From assembly GCA_963735805.1 (NCBI GenBank), contig CAVTMK010000002.1, forward strand, positions 288,001-352,000: a stretch of DNA of 64,000 bases. Reading direction: 5' to 3'. The notes under the pieces were generated by a model, which was not told the DNA's origin, ran no database searches, and saw only the letters and a list, made by a program, of their open reading frames with translations. Both the position numbers and the translations under genes were made by a program. The stretch comes from an uncultured Verrucomicrobiae bacterium. Lineage in GTDB: Bacteria; Verrucomicrobiota; Verrucomicrobiia; Chthoniobacterales; UBA10450. How positions within the stretch are numbered: position 1 is the first letter of the stretch; the number at the start of each line of letters is the position of its first letter. Positions 1-10,115 of this stretch are shown piece after piece.

Positions 1-1547
1 CACTGAACACCGAAGACTGCCAAAAAAGCCGCGGCGCTGGTGATTTGTCCGACAATTCCGCCCAGAAATGCGCGGCAAACGAGAGCGGGAACAAACGCGA
101 TCCCCGCGGCGACGAGTGGTTGACGAATATCGCTCCACGAATCTTTCCAGTGAAACACCCATCGCAGCGTTGCGTAACGTAGGATGCCTTGGACGATGTA
201 GGGCAAAAGAATGCCGACGGCTGCGCCCATCGCGCCAAAGCGTGGAATGAGCCAAAGCAAGCCGCCCGCGGCGACCGCGCACGTGATGGAAGAATGCAGA
301 AGATTTAAATGCGGCCTTTGCACCATGATTACGGTCTCGCCTAACGAGACGAACGCGTTGGTAGCACTGGCTAGGGCGACGATGCCGAGCCAAACCCCGC
401 CCTGCTGAAATGCAGGACCGTAGATCAGCAGAATAGTCCCGCCCGCGAGAGACAGTACCGCTACAAGCGGTAACAAGATCCACAGCATCCACTCAGCTAG
501 CCGCGCGTAAGTAGCGGCAGCGACCTCATGATCGCCAGTAGCCGTCATACCGGCTACGACCGGTGCGAAAATGGGATTGAAAGTTTGATTGACCTTGCGC
601 AGGCCGTTCGCGGTGCCGATGACTGCACTGTAGATACCGACGGTTGCAAGCGTCACACCGGGCGCGCGTCCAACGAAGTAGCCGAGCATGAGAAGATCCA
701 GCCGGGCAATAAAGGCGTTAATTAGCTGATAAACGCTGATTGGGGCAGCATAGGTGATTAACGCGCGTGCTTCGTCGAAAGGCGACACAACGTCCGCGTG
801 CGCCGGAATATTTCGAAACAACGACGTGGCGAGTGCGAGCGCAATCAATCCTGATGCCGCCGTTCCAAGGATTGCAGCCACCTCCGGTGATGACTGTTTG
901 AAGCCGACAGCGAATGCAAGCAGGAATGCCAGTGTTGTCGCAATTGGCTCGGTCATCCCGCGCGAGTATATGTCATGCTGCATCACCTTCATCCCCCGGG
1001 AAACAGCCGTACTAATGCGATACAAGGCCAAGCCCGGCATCGCGCAGAGAACCAGCGCCAGGGCCGAAACCATTTGTGACTGGACGTGAAGACGATTGTT
1101 AAAGAACCGGAGCCCTATTATCACAAGACCCGCGGTAACGACGGACTGCGCGACGCCCATGATTACAGCAACTCGAAACAGCGCTCGGCTTCGTGCCCGG
1201 TCGCCAACAGCTTCCGAGCGTGCGATAAACGTGGTGATCGCATTGTCGAGGCCGAGCACGCCGATCTTGCTGATGATGTCAGTGGTCGACCAGGCGACCG
1301 AGTATAAGCCGAGCGCCGCCGGTCCGAGCAGCCGCGCAACGAGAAATGTGAAAATGCCGCGGAAATTCGACGCCAGCATCGCGATCGTGTTCAAGAAAGC
1401 GCCGCGTTTTAGCTCGACTCCGGTTTCGTCCACGGTCGCGGGCGCATCCACTACGGGCGGTGCTACTTCCAACGCAATTTCCCTTGGGCTCACTGACTCC
1501 TCGTGAAGTCGCTGACTTGCGTGTGTAATTTCAAGGTTAGATGCCAT
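1..1547 (-). CDS. Wzx/MOP-family flippase (polysaccharide biosynthesis protein), runs off left edge
   Basis: Not in ORF track. Manual translation from ATG at 1547: MASNLEITH...ELKRGAFLNTIAMLASNFRGIFTFLVARLLGPAALGLYSVAWSTTDIISKIGVLGLD, the typical flippase N-terminus (ARLLGP..G.Y); hydrophobic; divergent from the glycosyltransferase cluster. Confidence 0.8.
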   Translation of the reverse strand, partial: MASNLEITHASQRLHEESVSPREIALEVAPPVVDAPATVDETGVELKRGAFLNTIAMLASNFRGIFTFLVARLLGPAALGLYSVAWSTTDIISKIGVLGLDNAITTFIARSEAVGDRARSRALFRVAVIMGVAQSVVTAGLVIIGLRFFNNRLHVQSQMVSALALVLCAMPGLALYRISTAVSRGMKVMQHDIYSRGMTEPIATTLAFLLAFAVGFKQSSPEVAAILGTAASGLIALALATSLFRNIPAHADVVSPFDEARALITYAAPISVYQLINAFIARLDLLMLGYFVGRAPGVTLATVGIYSAVIGTANGLRKVNQTFNPIFAPVVAGMTATGDHEVAAATYARLAEWMLWILLPLVAVLSLAGGTILLIYGPAFQQGGVWLGIVALASATNAFVSLGETVIMVQRPHLNLLHSSITCAVAAGGLLWLIPRFGAMGAAVGILLPYIVQGILRYATLRWVFHWKDSWSDIRQPLVAAGIAFVPALVCRAFLGGIVGQITSAAAFLAVFGVQ

Positions 1548-1753
1548 GAGAAGGAACGCGGTGATTCACTTTTCGGCGGAATACTCTCGATGAAAGCAGT
1601 TGACTGAAATCGACAAGACGCATCCGGTCAAGGGATGCGTATTGCTGCAGTCACTTTTGCGTCGAGAGGAGATTGTCGGTACACTGAGAGTCCGTTATGT
1701 CCTAGACAACCTTAGGAGGCCAGAAAATCGATCTCCCGGCCGGCATTCGAACT

Positions 1754-2974
1754 TTGCAACGCGCTGATCGCTGGGTTGGTGCGCCACTTTGCGCTATTTT
1801 GACTTTTCTCCGAAGAATCTTGGAAGCTGCGCGGTGCCCAGAACTGCGCCAGGTTCAGCGCATTCTCTTTGTTAAGCTTGCAGAGCAAGGCTCAACCGTT
1901 CTTGCGTATCCCGCTATTTGTCGTGCGATCAACATGGTCGGACGTGAAAATGTTTACTTCCTCGTATTTGACGACAACCGTTTCATTCTCGACACAATGG
2001 AGATCGTTCCCGGGGACAATGTGATAACGATCGCTACGCAAAACCTTTTCAGGTTCACGCTTACTGCGCTTCGATCAGTGTATCGAGTCCGAAAAATCCG
2101 CGTCGACGCGGTGATTGATATGGAATTCCTAACACGTTTCTCGGCGATCCTAACGTTTACAACCGGCGCTCAATCGCGTGTTGGATTTCATACTTTTTTC
2201 GGCGACGGACCGTACCGGGGCGACTTAATGACACATCGGCTTTTATACAATCCTCATCTCCATACGAGTCAAATGTTCGAAGCCATGGTCGAAGCTTTGA
2301 TGCGCGATCCGGCGGTGCTTCCGACGTTTGACTTTAAGCCTTCTGCGGACCAACCACTTGCAAGATTTCACCCTTCACCGTCCGAAGTTGGTGAAATCAG
2401 CGCCCTGCTACAGCGCGAAAGTCCTGGTATCGGTTCTGCGCCACTCATTCTGCTCAACCCCAACGCGAGCGACTTGCTGCCGCTAAGGCGATGGCCGCCT
2501 CTCCGTTATGTTGACCTTGCGCGGCGGCTGCTTGAGCGTTTCCCGGAGTTGTTTATTGGGTTTACCGGCGCACCGGCCGAGGCCACTCCCAACAATCAGC
2601 TTGCAGCCGAAGTGGGTTCAAGCCGCGTCATGCCGCTTGCCGGGAAAACGACTCTGCGACAATTACTGGCGCTTTACTCGCGCAGTGAAATTTTGGTGAC
2701 GAATGACAGTGGCCCGGCACACTTTGCCTCGATGACACCAATTCACGTCGTTGCGTTGTTTGGGCCGGAGACGCCGGCGCTATTTGCTGCACCATCGCCA
2801 AACGCAACCGCATTGTGGGCGGGCATTGCGTGCAGTCCGTGCGTAAATGCGTTCAACAACCGGCAATCGGTCTGCCGCAACAATCTTTGCATGCAAGCAA
2901 TCACAGTTGATGATGTTTTTAAAGAAGTTACACGCATTTACGATTCTCTTAAGAAGAGGACCTCCGGAAATTAA
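1754..2974 (+). CDS. Glycosyltransferase family 9 (heptosyltransferase-like)
   Basis: Motifs RRWP, LAGKTTLRQL, VTNDSGPAHFA, VALFGPE and C-terminal CSPC...C...CM; start codon uncertain. Confidence 0.85.
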   Translation: MQRADRWVGAPLCAILTFLRRILEAARCPELRQVQRILFVKLAEQGSTVLAYPAICRAINMVGRENVYFLVFDDNRFILDTMEIVPGDNVITIATQNLFRFTLTALRSVYRVRKIRVDAVIDMEFLTRFSAILTFTTGAQSRVGFHTFFGDGPYRGDLMTHRLLYNPHLHTSQMFEAMVEALMRDPAVLPTFDFKPSADQPLARFHPSPSEVGEISALLQRESPGIGSAPLILLNPNASDLLPLRRWPPLRYVDLARRLLERFPELFIGFTGAPAEATPNNQLAAEVGSSRVMPLAGKTTLRQLLALYSRSEILVTNDSGPAHFASMTPIHVVALFGPETPALFAAPSPNATALWAGIACSPCVNAFNNRQSVCRNNLCMQAITVDDVFKEVTRIYDSLKKRTSGN

Positions 2975-2985
2975 TCTGCGGAAGG

Positions 2986-4530
2986 ATGAGTGTGCCAACT
3001 CATAGCTCGCGCCAATTTCGCTTCGCGGCGCTTGGGATAATCCTCCTCACGGTTGCAATTCGCCTTCCGTCCCTTTTGCATCCATTGCCGATTGATGATG
3101 AGGCGGGATATTCTGTAATAGCGAACGAGATCGTCGACGGAGGCCGCCCCTACATTGACGCGGTGGATCGCAAGCCGCCGCTGCTGTTCTGGACATATGC
3201 GGCGGTTTTTAAAGTCGCGGGAGAGTACAATTGGATCGCGCTGCACATACTTTCGCTAGTCTGGACGCTGGCTACTATGGCCGGGCTGTATGTAATCGCA
3301 AAACAACTGTTCGATCGCGAAACGGGTCTAATCGCCGCGCTCTTTTACGGCGTGTTTCAACCTTGGGCGAGCTTTAAAAATCTGGCGTTCAACGGCGAGA
3401 TGGTTATGAACTTGGCGATCGTCTGGGCGTGGGCTATCGGATTCAAACGGAGTTCATTGAAGTGGCGACCAGAGCTGTTGGGGGCAGGCGCACTCCTTTG
3501 CGCGGCCTTCCTGCTCAAGCAACCGGCCGCGATAGCAGCAATTCCGCTCGGGATCTATTTGCTGCTTCCTAGTTATCGGATCAGCCGTGGATTGACGCGA
3601 ACCCAATCTGTCGTCCACGCGGCCATTTTCACGGCGGGATTTTTTGGATCTCTTGCTCTTTTTGCAGTCTTCCTCCAAGGAGAAGGTATCTTCCCCGAGA
3701 CGGTCTACTGGACGATCGCCGCTAACACGATTCCGTACATCTTTTGGAAGAAGGGGATTTTGATGACCCTGGCCTTCGTTGGGGCTTGCTTGCCTCTGGT
3801 GATTGGCGTGGCGGCGACGATTCGAGATAGTCGCGGTTTATGGGCGGGCAAGAAAGGTGAGCAAACGGCGCTTCTCGGACTGCTCGCCGCGTCCGCCATC
3901 GGCACGGCGGCGGGCTCGCGTTTTTACGAGCACTATTACATCCAACTAATTCCGCCGCTTAGCTTGCTTGCCGCTCCGTACTACGCGCAGCTTTGGACCG
4001 GACGGATACAGTCGGCTTACTGGTTATTACGACCTGCTCTCACCTATGCTTGGTTGGCGGCTACCATTGTTGCCTTCTCTATCTCGCACTGGCTAGGGGC
4101 TGCACGGAGGGCTCCGTCAGAGACGGGACGTTATTTGCTCGAGCATTCTGCTCCGAACGACAGGATTTTCGTCTGGGGCAATAAACCGAAATTTTATATC
4201 GAAGCACGACGACGCCCTGCTTGTCGCTATATCCTATCTTTTCCACTCACGGGCTATATTTTCGGCGAACCCCCAGGTTTCGACACTCACTCCCGAATTG
4301 TGTCGGGTGCGTGGACGATGCTCGAGCAAGACTTTGACAAACATCCCCCAGCATACATTGTCGATCTTTCTTCTGAGCCCGGCGCGCTAGATCCAGTTCG
4401 AGACTTTCCGATTCTGGCTAAGCTTTTGACGGAACGATACCAGCCGGTCGCGCGCACGGCTGAGGGTGTAATTTATCACCGAAACGATTCTTCCACCGTG
4501 GCGCACCACACCCCGAGAAGCAACCGCTAG
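2986..4530 (+). CDS. GT-C fold membrane glycosyltransferase (ArnT/PMT-like)
   Basis: DDE..Y acidic motif after TM1, PY.D.VD.KPP loop, KQP motif, many TM helices, C-terminal soluble domain. Confidence 0.8.
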   Translation: MSVPTHSSRQFRFAALGIILLTVAIRLPSLLHPLPIDDEAGYSVIANEIVDGGRPYIDAVDRKPPLLFWTYAAVFKVAGEYNWIALHILSLVWTLATMAGLYVIAKQLFDRETGLIAALFYGVFQPWASFKNLAFNGEMVMNLAIVWAWAIGFKRSSLKWRPELLGAGALLCAAFLLKQPAAIAAIPLGIYLLLPSYRISRGLTRTQSVVHAAIFTAGFFGSLALFAVFLQGEGIFPETVYWTIAANTIPYIFWKKGILMTLAFVGACLPLVIGVAATIRDSRGLWAGKKGEQTALLGLLAASAIGTAAGSRFYEHYYIQLIPPLSLLAAPYYAQLWTGRIQSAYWLLRPALTYAWLAATIVAFSISHWLGAARRAPSETGRYLLEHSAPNDRIFVWGNKPKFYIEARRRPACRYILSFPLTGYIFGEPPGFDTHSRIVSGAWTMLEQDFDKHPPAYIVDLSSEPGALDPVRDFPILAKLLTERYQPVARTAEGVIYHRNDSSTVAHHTPRSNR

Positions 4531-4619
4531 GTCCGGCCGAAAATGGATCTTCGTGCCGGTATCTCTACTTTACAACCCATCGATCATTGGATTTGTAGGC
4601 CCTTTCGCGTCGTCCAGGT

Positions 4620-5564
4620 ATGCGAATCCTAATTACAGGCGGCGCCGGTTTCATCGGCAGGCATATCGTCGAATACTTCCAGCATCAAGCGGAGGTGCGC
4701 GTTCTTGATAACCTGCGCCGCGGTTTCAAAAGTAATTTGTCTGGCTTGGATTGCCGACTCATCGTCGGCTCAATTCTCGATCGCGATCTCGTGAGAGAAG
4801 CCATGAAATGCGTGGACTTTGTCTTTCATCTCGCCGCCATGGTGAGCGTGCAGGAGTCCATGCAGAAGCCGAACGAATGCGCCGAGATCAATACCCGAGG
4901 TACAGCAGTTGTTTTGGAAGAAGCGGCGCGGGCGGGTGTGAAAAAACTGATTTTCAGCAGTTCGGCTGCAGTCTACGGCGACGATCCGACCAATCCAAAG
5001 ATCGAAAGTATGCCTGCCGAACCGAAGAATCCGTATGCCATAAGCAAAAATGAAGGCGAACGGCACTGTCGCTCCTTCACGGATGAAGGACGACTCGCCA
5101 CTGTTTCCCTCCGTTATTTTAACGTTTTTGGTCCCTACCAAGATCCAAGAAATGAATATGCCGCGGTCATTCCGGCTTTTATTGAGAAAGCTATCAGAAA
5201 CGAACCGATTACGATCTTCGGAGACGGCCGACAGACTCGCGACTTTATTTATGTAGACGATGTGGCGGCGGCCAATGCGTTCTTCGCGTTGAAATCACAG
5301 GACACCGGGGTCTTCAACGTCGCTTGCGGGAAGGAGATCGCAATAGCCGATCTGGCTCTGATCGTTCGCGACCTTACAAAATCGGCCTGCACGATTGACT
5401 ACGGTGCGGAGCGATCTGGCGATGTGAAAGATTCAGTTGCAAATGTGGACAAGGCTCAGGCGGCTGGCTTTAAGCCCGTTACCGATTTGGCCGGAGGATT
5501 GCGCGCTACAATCGAGTTCCTAAAGAAAGATCTAGTGGGCATTGAGCAGGGCCGTCACTCATGA
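4620..5564 (+). CDS. NAD-dependent nucleotide-sugar epimerase/dehydratase
   Basis: TGGAGFIG, SSAAVYG, YAISK (YxxxK), LRYFNVFGP, GDGRQTRDF. Confidence 0.92.
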   Translation: MRILITGGAGFIGRHIVEYFQHQAEVRVLDNLRRGFKSNLSGLDCRLIVGSILDRDLVREAMKCVDFVFHLAAMVSVQESMQKPNECAEINTRGTAVVLEEAARAGVKKLIFSSSAAVYGDDPTNPKIESMPAEPKNPYAISKNEGERHCRSFTDEGRLATVSLRYFNVFGPYQDPRNEYAAVIPAFIEKAIRNEPITIFGDGRQTRDFIYVDDVAAANAFFALKSQDTGVFNVACGKEIAIADLALIVRDLTKSACTIDYGAERSGDVKDSVANVDKAQAAGFKPVTDLAGGLRATIEFLKKDLVGIEQGRHS

Positions 5565-7093
5565 CGCGATGTCAAAGCCGCTGGGTCAACGTGATAATCA
5601 TCACGATTGTAGTCATCCTGCGTTTCCCCACTCTCCTCCCGTCGTTGTACAACGCTGATGAGGGCTATTATGGGATAATCGCGAACGATACCCTGGATGG
5701 TGGCATGCTTTATCGGACGGCCGTGGATACGAAGCCGCCAGGCATCTATTACGTTTATCTCGCCGTTTTCAAGCTGGCCGGGAAGAACAATCTTCTTGCC
5801 GTTCATGTCCTCGCCATCCTTGTCGTCGCAGCCACCGCCCTGGTCGTACGGCGGATCAGCGCGCTAGTGGGAGACGATTGGGCAGGGGCATGGAGTGGTA
5901 TTGGCTATGCCGTATTCGTTCACGCCTACCGGCCGGGGGACACACTTGCTGCGAACACCGAGATTTTCGCGTCTTTTTTTCTGGCGCTGAGTGCCCTTGC
6001 CTTCCTCCAAGGTCAAAGAAGAAGGGGCTGGGGGGGGATGTTCCTTAGTGGCGCGCTGGTCGGCGCGGCGGCTTTGATTCGGCAGCCTTCTGCAGTGACT
6101 TTGGGCGCAATGCTGGCGTACCTTGTTTACCTTTGGCTCATTCCCCGTTCCCAATCACTGGGACGTATTTTGGCAGCGGGCAGCGGTGTGGTGACTGGAT
6201 TCGTCGCCGTCATCGCGGGACTGGCGTGGTATTACCAGTGGCAGGGCAATCTACATGACGCGTATCTGTGGGCGTGGGCATTTGCGATTCGCTACGTCGA
6301 GTCTGAAACAACTTTCCGTTATGTTGTGAAACGTCTCATCACCGTTCATCTGGCTGTGATGTTCGCCTGGGGCTTGTTATGGTATTTTGGTATTCGGCAA
6401 GTAATTGAGACACTTAGATCTTTTCGGCGCGGGAGGACTGTGCCAACCGAGCAGATGTTTCTTATTTTCTGGCTGGTCCTTAGTTATCTGACGATCTTTA
6501 TTGGATGGCGATTTCCGGGACATTATCATTTGGCCGTACTTCCGGCGCTTTCGATTCTCGCCGGCCAGGCGTTCTCACGTTTTGTCGCGGAGCAACGACG
6601 CGCTTCTCCGCGACGCTGGCGATGGATCCGAACAGGCATTGTTGGTGCGGCTGCTTTGCCAGCAATAGGCTTTCTCGTGGGGGCTTTTGTGGTGCGAACA
6701 GGGACACTCGATTTTCTCCCGGTTGTTCAGAAGATCGTCAATGAGACGAGAACAAACGATCGTATCTTTGTCTGGGGAAGTAGCCCGCAACTCTACAGTT
6801 TCTCCGATCGGCGGATGGCGACGCGCTTCGTAAGCTGCACACACTTGGTGGGCGCCTATGCCAGCCGGCCTCATGAGGTGAGAGATAAAGGCCAGAGCTT
6901 GATTCCGGAAAGTTGGAAGATGTTCAAGACAGACTGGGAAGCCCATCCTCCCGTGCTCATCATCGACATGTCAACAGCGGACCCGTTTTGGTCGGCTCAT
7001 CCAATGACGCGATATCCCGTGCTCCGTGCCTTCCTCGGGGAATATCGCGTCGAGACGGTGATCGACGGCAAAACAATTTATCGTCGGCTTTGA
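5561..7093 (+). CDS. GT-C fold membrane glycosyltransferase (ArnT/PMT-like), paralog of 2986..4530
   Basis: ADEGYY, VDTKPPG, RQP, DRIFVWG shared with the upstream paralog; multi-TM. Confidence 0.8.
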   Translation: MTRCQSRWVNVIIITIVVILRFPTLLPSLYNADEGYYGIIANDTLDGGMLYRTAVDTKPPGIYYVYLAVFKLAGKNNLLAVHVLAILVVAATALVVRRISALVGDDWAGAWSGIGYAVFVHAYRPGDTLAANTEIFASFFLALSALAFLQGQRRRGWGGMFLSGALVGAAALIRQPSAVTLGAMLAYLVYLWLIPRSQSLGRILAAGSGVVTGFVAVIAGLAWYYQWQGNLHDAYLWAWAFAIRYVESETTFRYVVKRLITVHLAVMFAWGLLWYFGIRQVIETLRSFRRGRTVPTEQMFLIFWLVLSYLTIFIGWRFPGHYHLAVLPALSILAGQAFSRFVAEQRRASPRRWRWIRTGIVGAAALPAIGFLVGAFVVRTGTLDFLPVVQKIVNETRTNDRIFVWGSSPQLYSFSDRRMATRFVSCTHLVGAYASRPHEVRDKGQSLIPESWKMFKTDWEAHPPVLIIDMSTADPFWSAHPMTRYPVLRAFLGEYRVETVIDGKTIYRRL

Positions 7094-7115
7094 CACCGCA
7101 ATCGAAATAGCGCGC

Positions 7116-7856
7116 ATGACGACACAAAGGCCAGGCATCTCGGTTGTTTATCCAATGTTCAATGAAGAAGAGAACATCGAGCGCGCAGTCCATTTCGCGG
7201 AGGCCGTCCTGATCGACATGACGTCTGATTACGAAATCCTCATCGTCAATGACGCCAGCACGGACCGATCACCAGAAATTGCGGAAGCATTGGCCCGATC
7301 AAACTCTTGTGTGAAGGTGTTCCACCACGAACGGAATTTGAAACTGGGAGGTGCACTTCGCACCGGGTTTAGCAAGGCGACGAAAGAGCTGGTCTTCTAC
7401 TGTGACTCGGATTTGCCGGTTGATCTTACGGAGTTGACCCGGGCAGTTCGTATCATGGACCTCACAAGGTCCGACATTGTTTCGGCCTTTCGGTTTGATC
7501 GCACTGCCGAAGGAGCCATACGCACTGTGTATTCGGTGTGCTACAATTTGCTTATCCGTTTTCTTTTTCCGTTGCGGGTGAAGGACGTCAATTTCTCCTT
7601 CAAATTGTTCAAGCGAGAAGTCTTGGAGAAGGTTGCGTTGGAGTCGGAGGGTTCGTTCATCGACGCGGAACTGTTAATCAAGGGGAAGTTGAACGGATTC
7701 AAGATCGTGCAGTTCGGCGTAGATTATTTTCCTCGCAATCGGGGCACCTCCACTCTCGCCAGCCCCGACGTGATCTTTAAGATGATTCGGGAACTGTTTA
7801 GGTTTCGGATGAAGATGCGGCGCGAAATGGGGGCGGCCCGGGTCCCCGATCCTTGA
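7116..7856 (+). CDS. GT2 polyprenol-phosphate glycosyltransferase (DPM1/ArnC-like)
   Basis: SVVYPMFNEEENI, IVNDASTD, G.GGALRTG, DSD motif, FKLFKREVL. Confidence 0.88.
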   Translation: MTTQRPGISVVYPMFNEEENIERAVHFAEAVLIDMTSDYEILIVNDASTDRSPEIAEALARSNSCVKVFHHERNLKLGGALRTGFSKATKELVFYCDSDLPVDLTELTRAVRIMDLTRSDIVSAFRFDRTAEGAIRTVYSVCYNLLIRFLFPLRVKDVNFSFKLFKREVLEKVALESEGSFIDAELLIKGKLNGFKIVQFGVDYFPRNRGTSTLASPDVIFKMIRELFRFRMKMRREMGAARVPDP

Positions 7857-8722
7857 AACAGCTCATCGTTAACGCGGACGACCTGGGACTGACGCCGGGA
7901 GTAAATCGAGGGATCCTGAGGGCGTTTCAAGATGGAATTGTAACCAGCGCCTCGTTGCTTGTGACGGGGGGTGCATTCGATCAGGCGGTCGCGTTGGCTC
8001 GGCAGAACCCGGATCTCGATATTGGCCTTCATCTAACGCTAGTGGAAGAACGCGCCGTCCTGGGACGAGAACTCCTGTCGACCCTGCTCGATGAAACAGG
8101 GCGGTTTCCGCGCACCAGTGGAGAATTTTTCAGACGCGCCTTTCTCGGGCGCATCAGCTGGGATGAGGTCGAGCGTGAGATCGCGGCCCAGATCGCGCGT
8201 TTTCAAAAGACAGGGCTACCGCTATCCCATCTGGATAGCCACCAGCATCTCCACATGTTCCCCCCGATCTTCCAAATCGTTAGGCGACTTACAAGCAGGA
8301 TGGATCATGTTTGGATTCGCAATTCTGCCGGCCCGTGGCGAAAATCGCCGGGTGTCCCAATGAGACGTTGGACACAGCAGCTTGGTTTGAATCTGACCTG
8401 CCTGTCGTCGCGAAGTTTGCGCGGCCAGACCCCGCCGCGAACGCCGGACGGTATGTACGGATTCGACTTCAGCGGCTGTTTAACTCGCCCCGCGCTCGAA
8501 CGAACACTCCGTAAAATTCCCGACGGCCTGTATGAATTGGTTTGCCATCCCGGTGAAGATGACGTTGATACGCGGACGCGATACAGTCATTGGGATTATC
8601 GGTGGGCTGAGGAACTGAAGGCTCTGACCGCGCCCGAAACGAAAGTAGTTCTGAAGGAACAGAGGATTGCACTGACCTCGTTCGCGCGGGCGGTTGGACG
8701 TGAGAACACGTTAGGCTCCTAA
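7853..8722 (+). CDS. YdjC/ChbG/HpnK-family carbohydrate deacetylase
   Basis: LIVNADDLG, GLHLTL, HLDSHQHLH, ELVCHPG. Confidence 0.9.
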   Translation: MKQLIVNADDLGLTPGVNRGILRAFQDGIVTSASLLVTGGAFDQAVALARQNPDLDIGLHLTLVEERAVLGRELLSTLLDETGRFPRTSGEFFRRAFLGRISWDEVEREIAAQIARFQKTGLPLSHLDSHQHLHMFPPIFQIVRRLTSRMDHVWIRNSAGPWRKSPGVPMRRWTQQLGLNLTCLSSRSLRGQTPPRTPDGMYGFDFSGCLTRPALERTLRKIPDGLYELVCHPGEDDVDTRTRYSHWDYRWAEELKALTAPETKVVLKEQRIALTSFARAVGRENTLGS

Positions 8723-8794
8723 TAAATTGGCGTTGCTCTTTACTCTTAAGAATTTGTTAACTTCATCTTTCCACGCAGACCAGGATCGCGTTCC

Positions 8795-9994
8795 ATGATT
8801 GAGGAGCACCACGGTTTCGATTGCGTCGTCATTTTAGGTGATGAATCGGCCAATTGGCAGATCGCCGGATTGCGCCAGCTTGATCGGCTCGTGCTGGGGA
8901 TCGATGAATTCGCCGAAGCAATGGGAACGGCAAACAAGATTGAGGTTGTCGTTTTCTGGAAACCTGAGATTCCACTTTCGGAGCGATTGTTGCCCAAGCA
9001 CCCACGAATCACGCGTGTTCGGGTAACCGAAGCTTCCGGTTCGGTTGAACCGGAAGCACGCGTTCTCACTACGCGCTTGTTCATCGCGCGAAATGCTTTA
9101 TCGAAGTTTTTTCGAACGACGCCCCCGGTGAAGATCGAGCAACCGATTGTCGACCTAACAGAAGCGTGGCCACGACTCTTCGAACAGTTCGAGAGAACTT
9201 GTCGAAGCGCGACCCGCGCTGAGGAAGAGGACTGGCGTTTTCTGGCGAAGTCGAGCGAGATTGTCGCCAACGAAAAACGCCTCCTTCGCCACAGCGGCAA
9301 GTCGCAGGACGGAATGGTTTCGAAGTTTTTGAACCGCCCGATCTCACGCGTAATCACGCGGCTTCTCCTTAAGCTGCCGATTACTCCCAACGCTTGGACG
9401 ATATTGATCTTTGCGCCCGCTCTTGTGGCTTTTGTGTTTTTGATGCGCGGTGACTACACCGGGTTCCTGGTAGGGACTGCACTTTTCCAATTGATCAATA
9501 TTTTGGACGGATGCGACGGCGAGATTGCGCGCGCCAAGTATCTCGATTCGGAACAGGGCCGGCGCCTGGACGCCTTCTGCGATTTCATCGCCAATCTGAT
9601 TTTTGTTCTCTGCCTAGGGATCGGTCTCTTCCGGCAACCGTCGGTGAGCGCAAACGTTGGCTTCGTTTATCTGCTCGAGAGTTTGATCACGTTCTTTTTA
9701 ATGGCGCGCGGGCTTGGCCGTTACCTCACGCCGCTTCTCGTTCGCGACACCACGCGCGTAGTCTCGCGACGGCAGGAAGACTTCCGCATCGCGGAGCGTT
9801 TTTTCGGCCGCGCGCTGCCCGCTCTCATTTTTCAAATCACTCAGCGCGACATGATTTATTTTGTGTTTCTTCTTTTGGCGATCGCCGGACGCGCGTCATG
9901 GATTCTGCACATTCTTTTCGCCTTTTCGGTGATCACACTGCTCTTCAGACTGTTCAGGAGAAGTTTGCGGCTGGCCGCAGAAACACACTGGTAA
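8795..9994 (+). CDS. CDP-alcohol phosphatidyltransferase family protein with soluble N-terminal domain
   Basis: NRPIS, ITPN, LDGCDGEIARAK...G..LDAFCD signature. Confidence 0.88.
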   Translation: MIEEHHGFDCVVILGDESANWQIAGLRQLDRLVLGIDEFAEAMGTANKIEVVVFWKPEIPLSERLLPKHPRITRVRVTEASGSVEPEARVLTTRLFIARNALSKFFRTTPPVKIEQPIVDLTEAWPRLFEQFERTCRSATRAEEEDWRFLAKSSEIVANEKRLLRHSGKSQDGMVSKFLNRPISRVITRLLLKLPITPNAWTILIFAPALVAFVFLMRGDYTGFLVGTALFQLINILDGCDGEIARAKYLDSEQGRRLDAFCDFIANLIFVLCLGIGLFRQPSVSANVGFVYLLESLITFFLMARGLGRYLTPLLVRDTTRVVSRRQEDFRIAERFFGRALPALIFQITQRDMIYFVFLLLAIAGRASWILHILFAFSVITLLFRLFRRSLRLAAETHW

Positions 9995-10115
9995 TGTGGT
10001 CGGTGATCGCCGGGACCCGTGAAAATTTGTGCAAAGTGTTTTGGTCGCGCATAGGCACTCGAGCAAGGTGCGTCTGGCCTGATAAAACTGATGGAAGACA
10101 CCTGCAACACCTGAT

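Noticed and set aside
2986..7093. GT-C enzymes as O-glycosyltransferases for the PT linkers
   Set aside because: More than 30 kb away, and their context fits lipid modification; nothing in the sequence links them.
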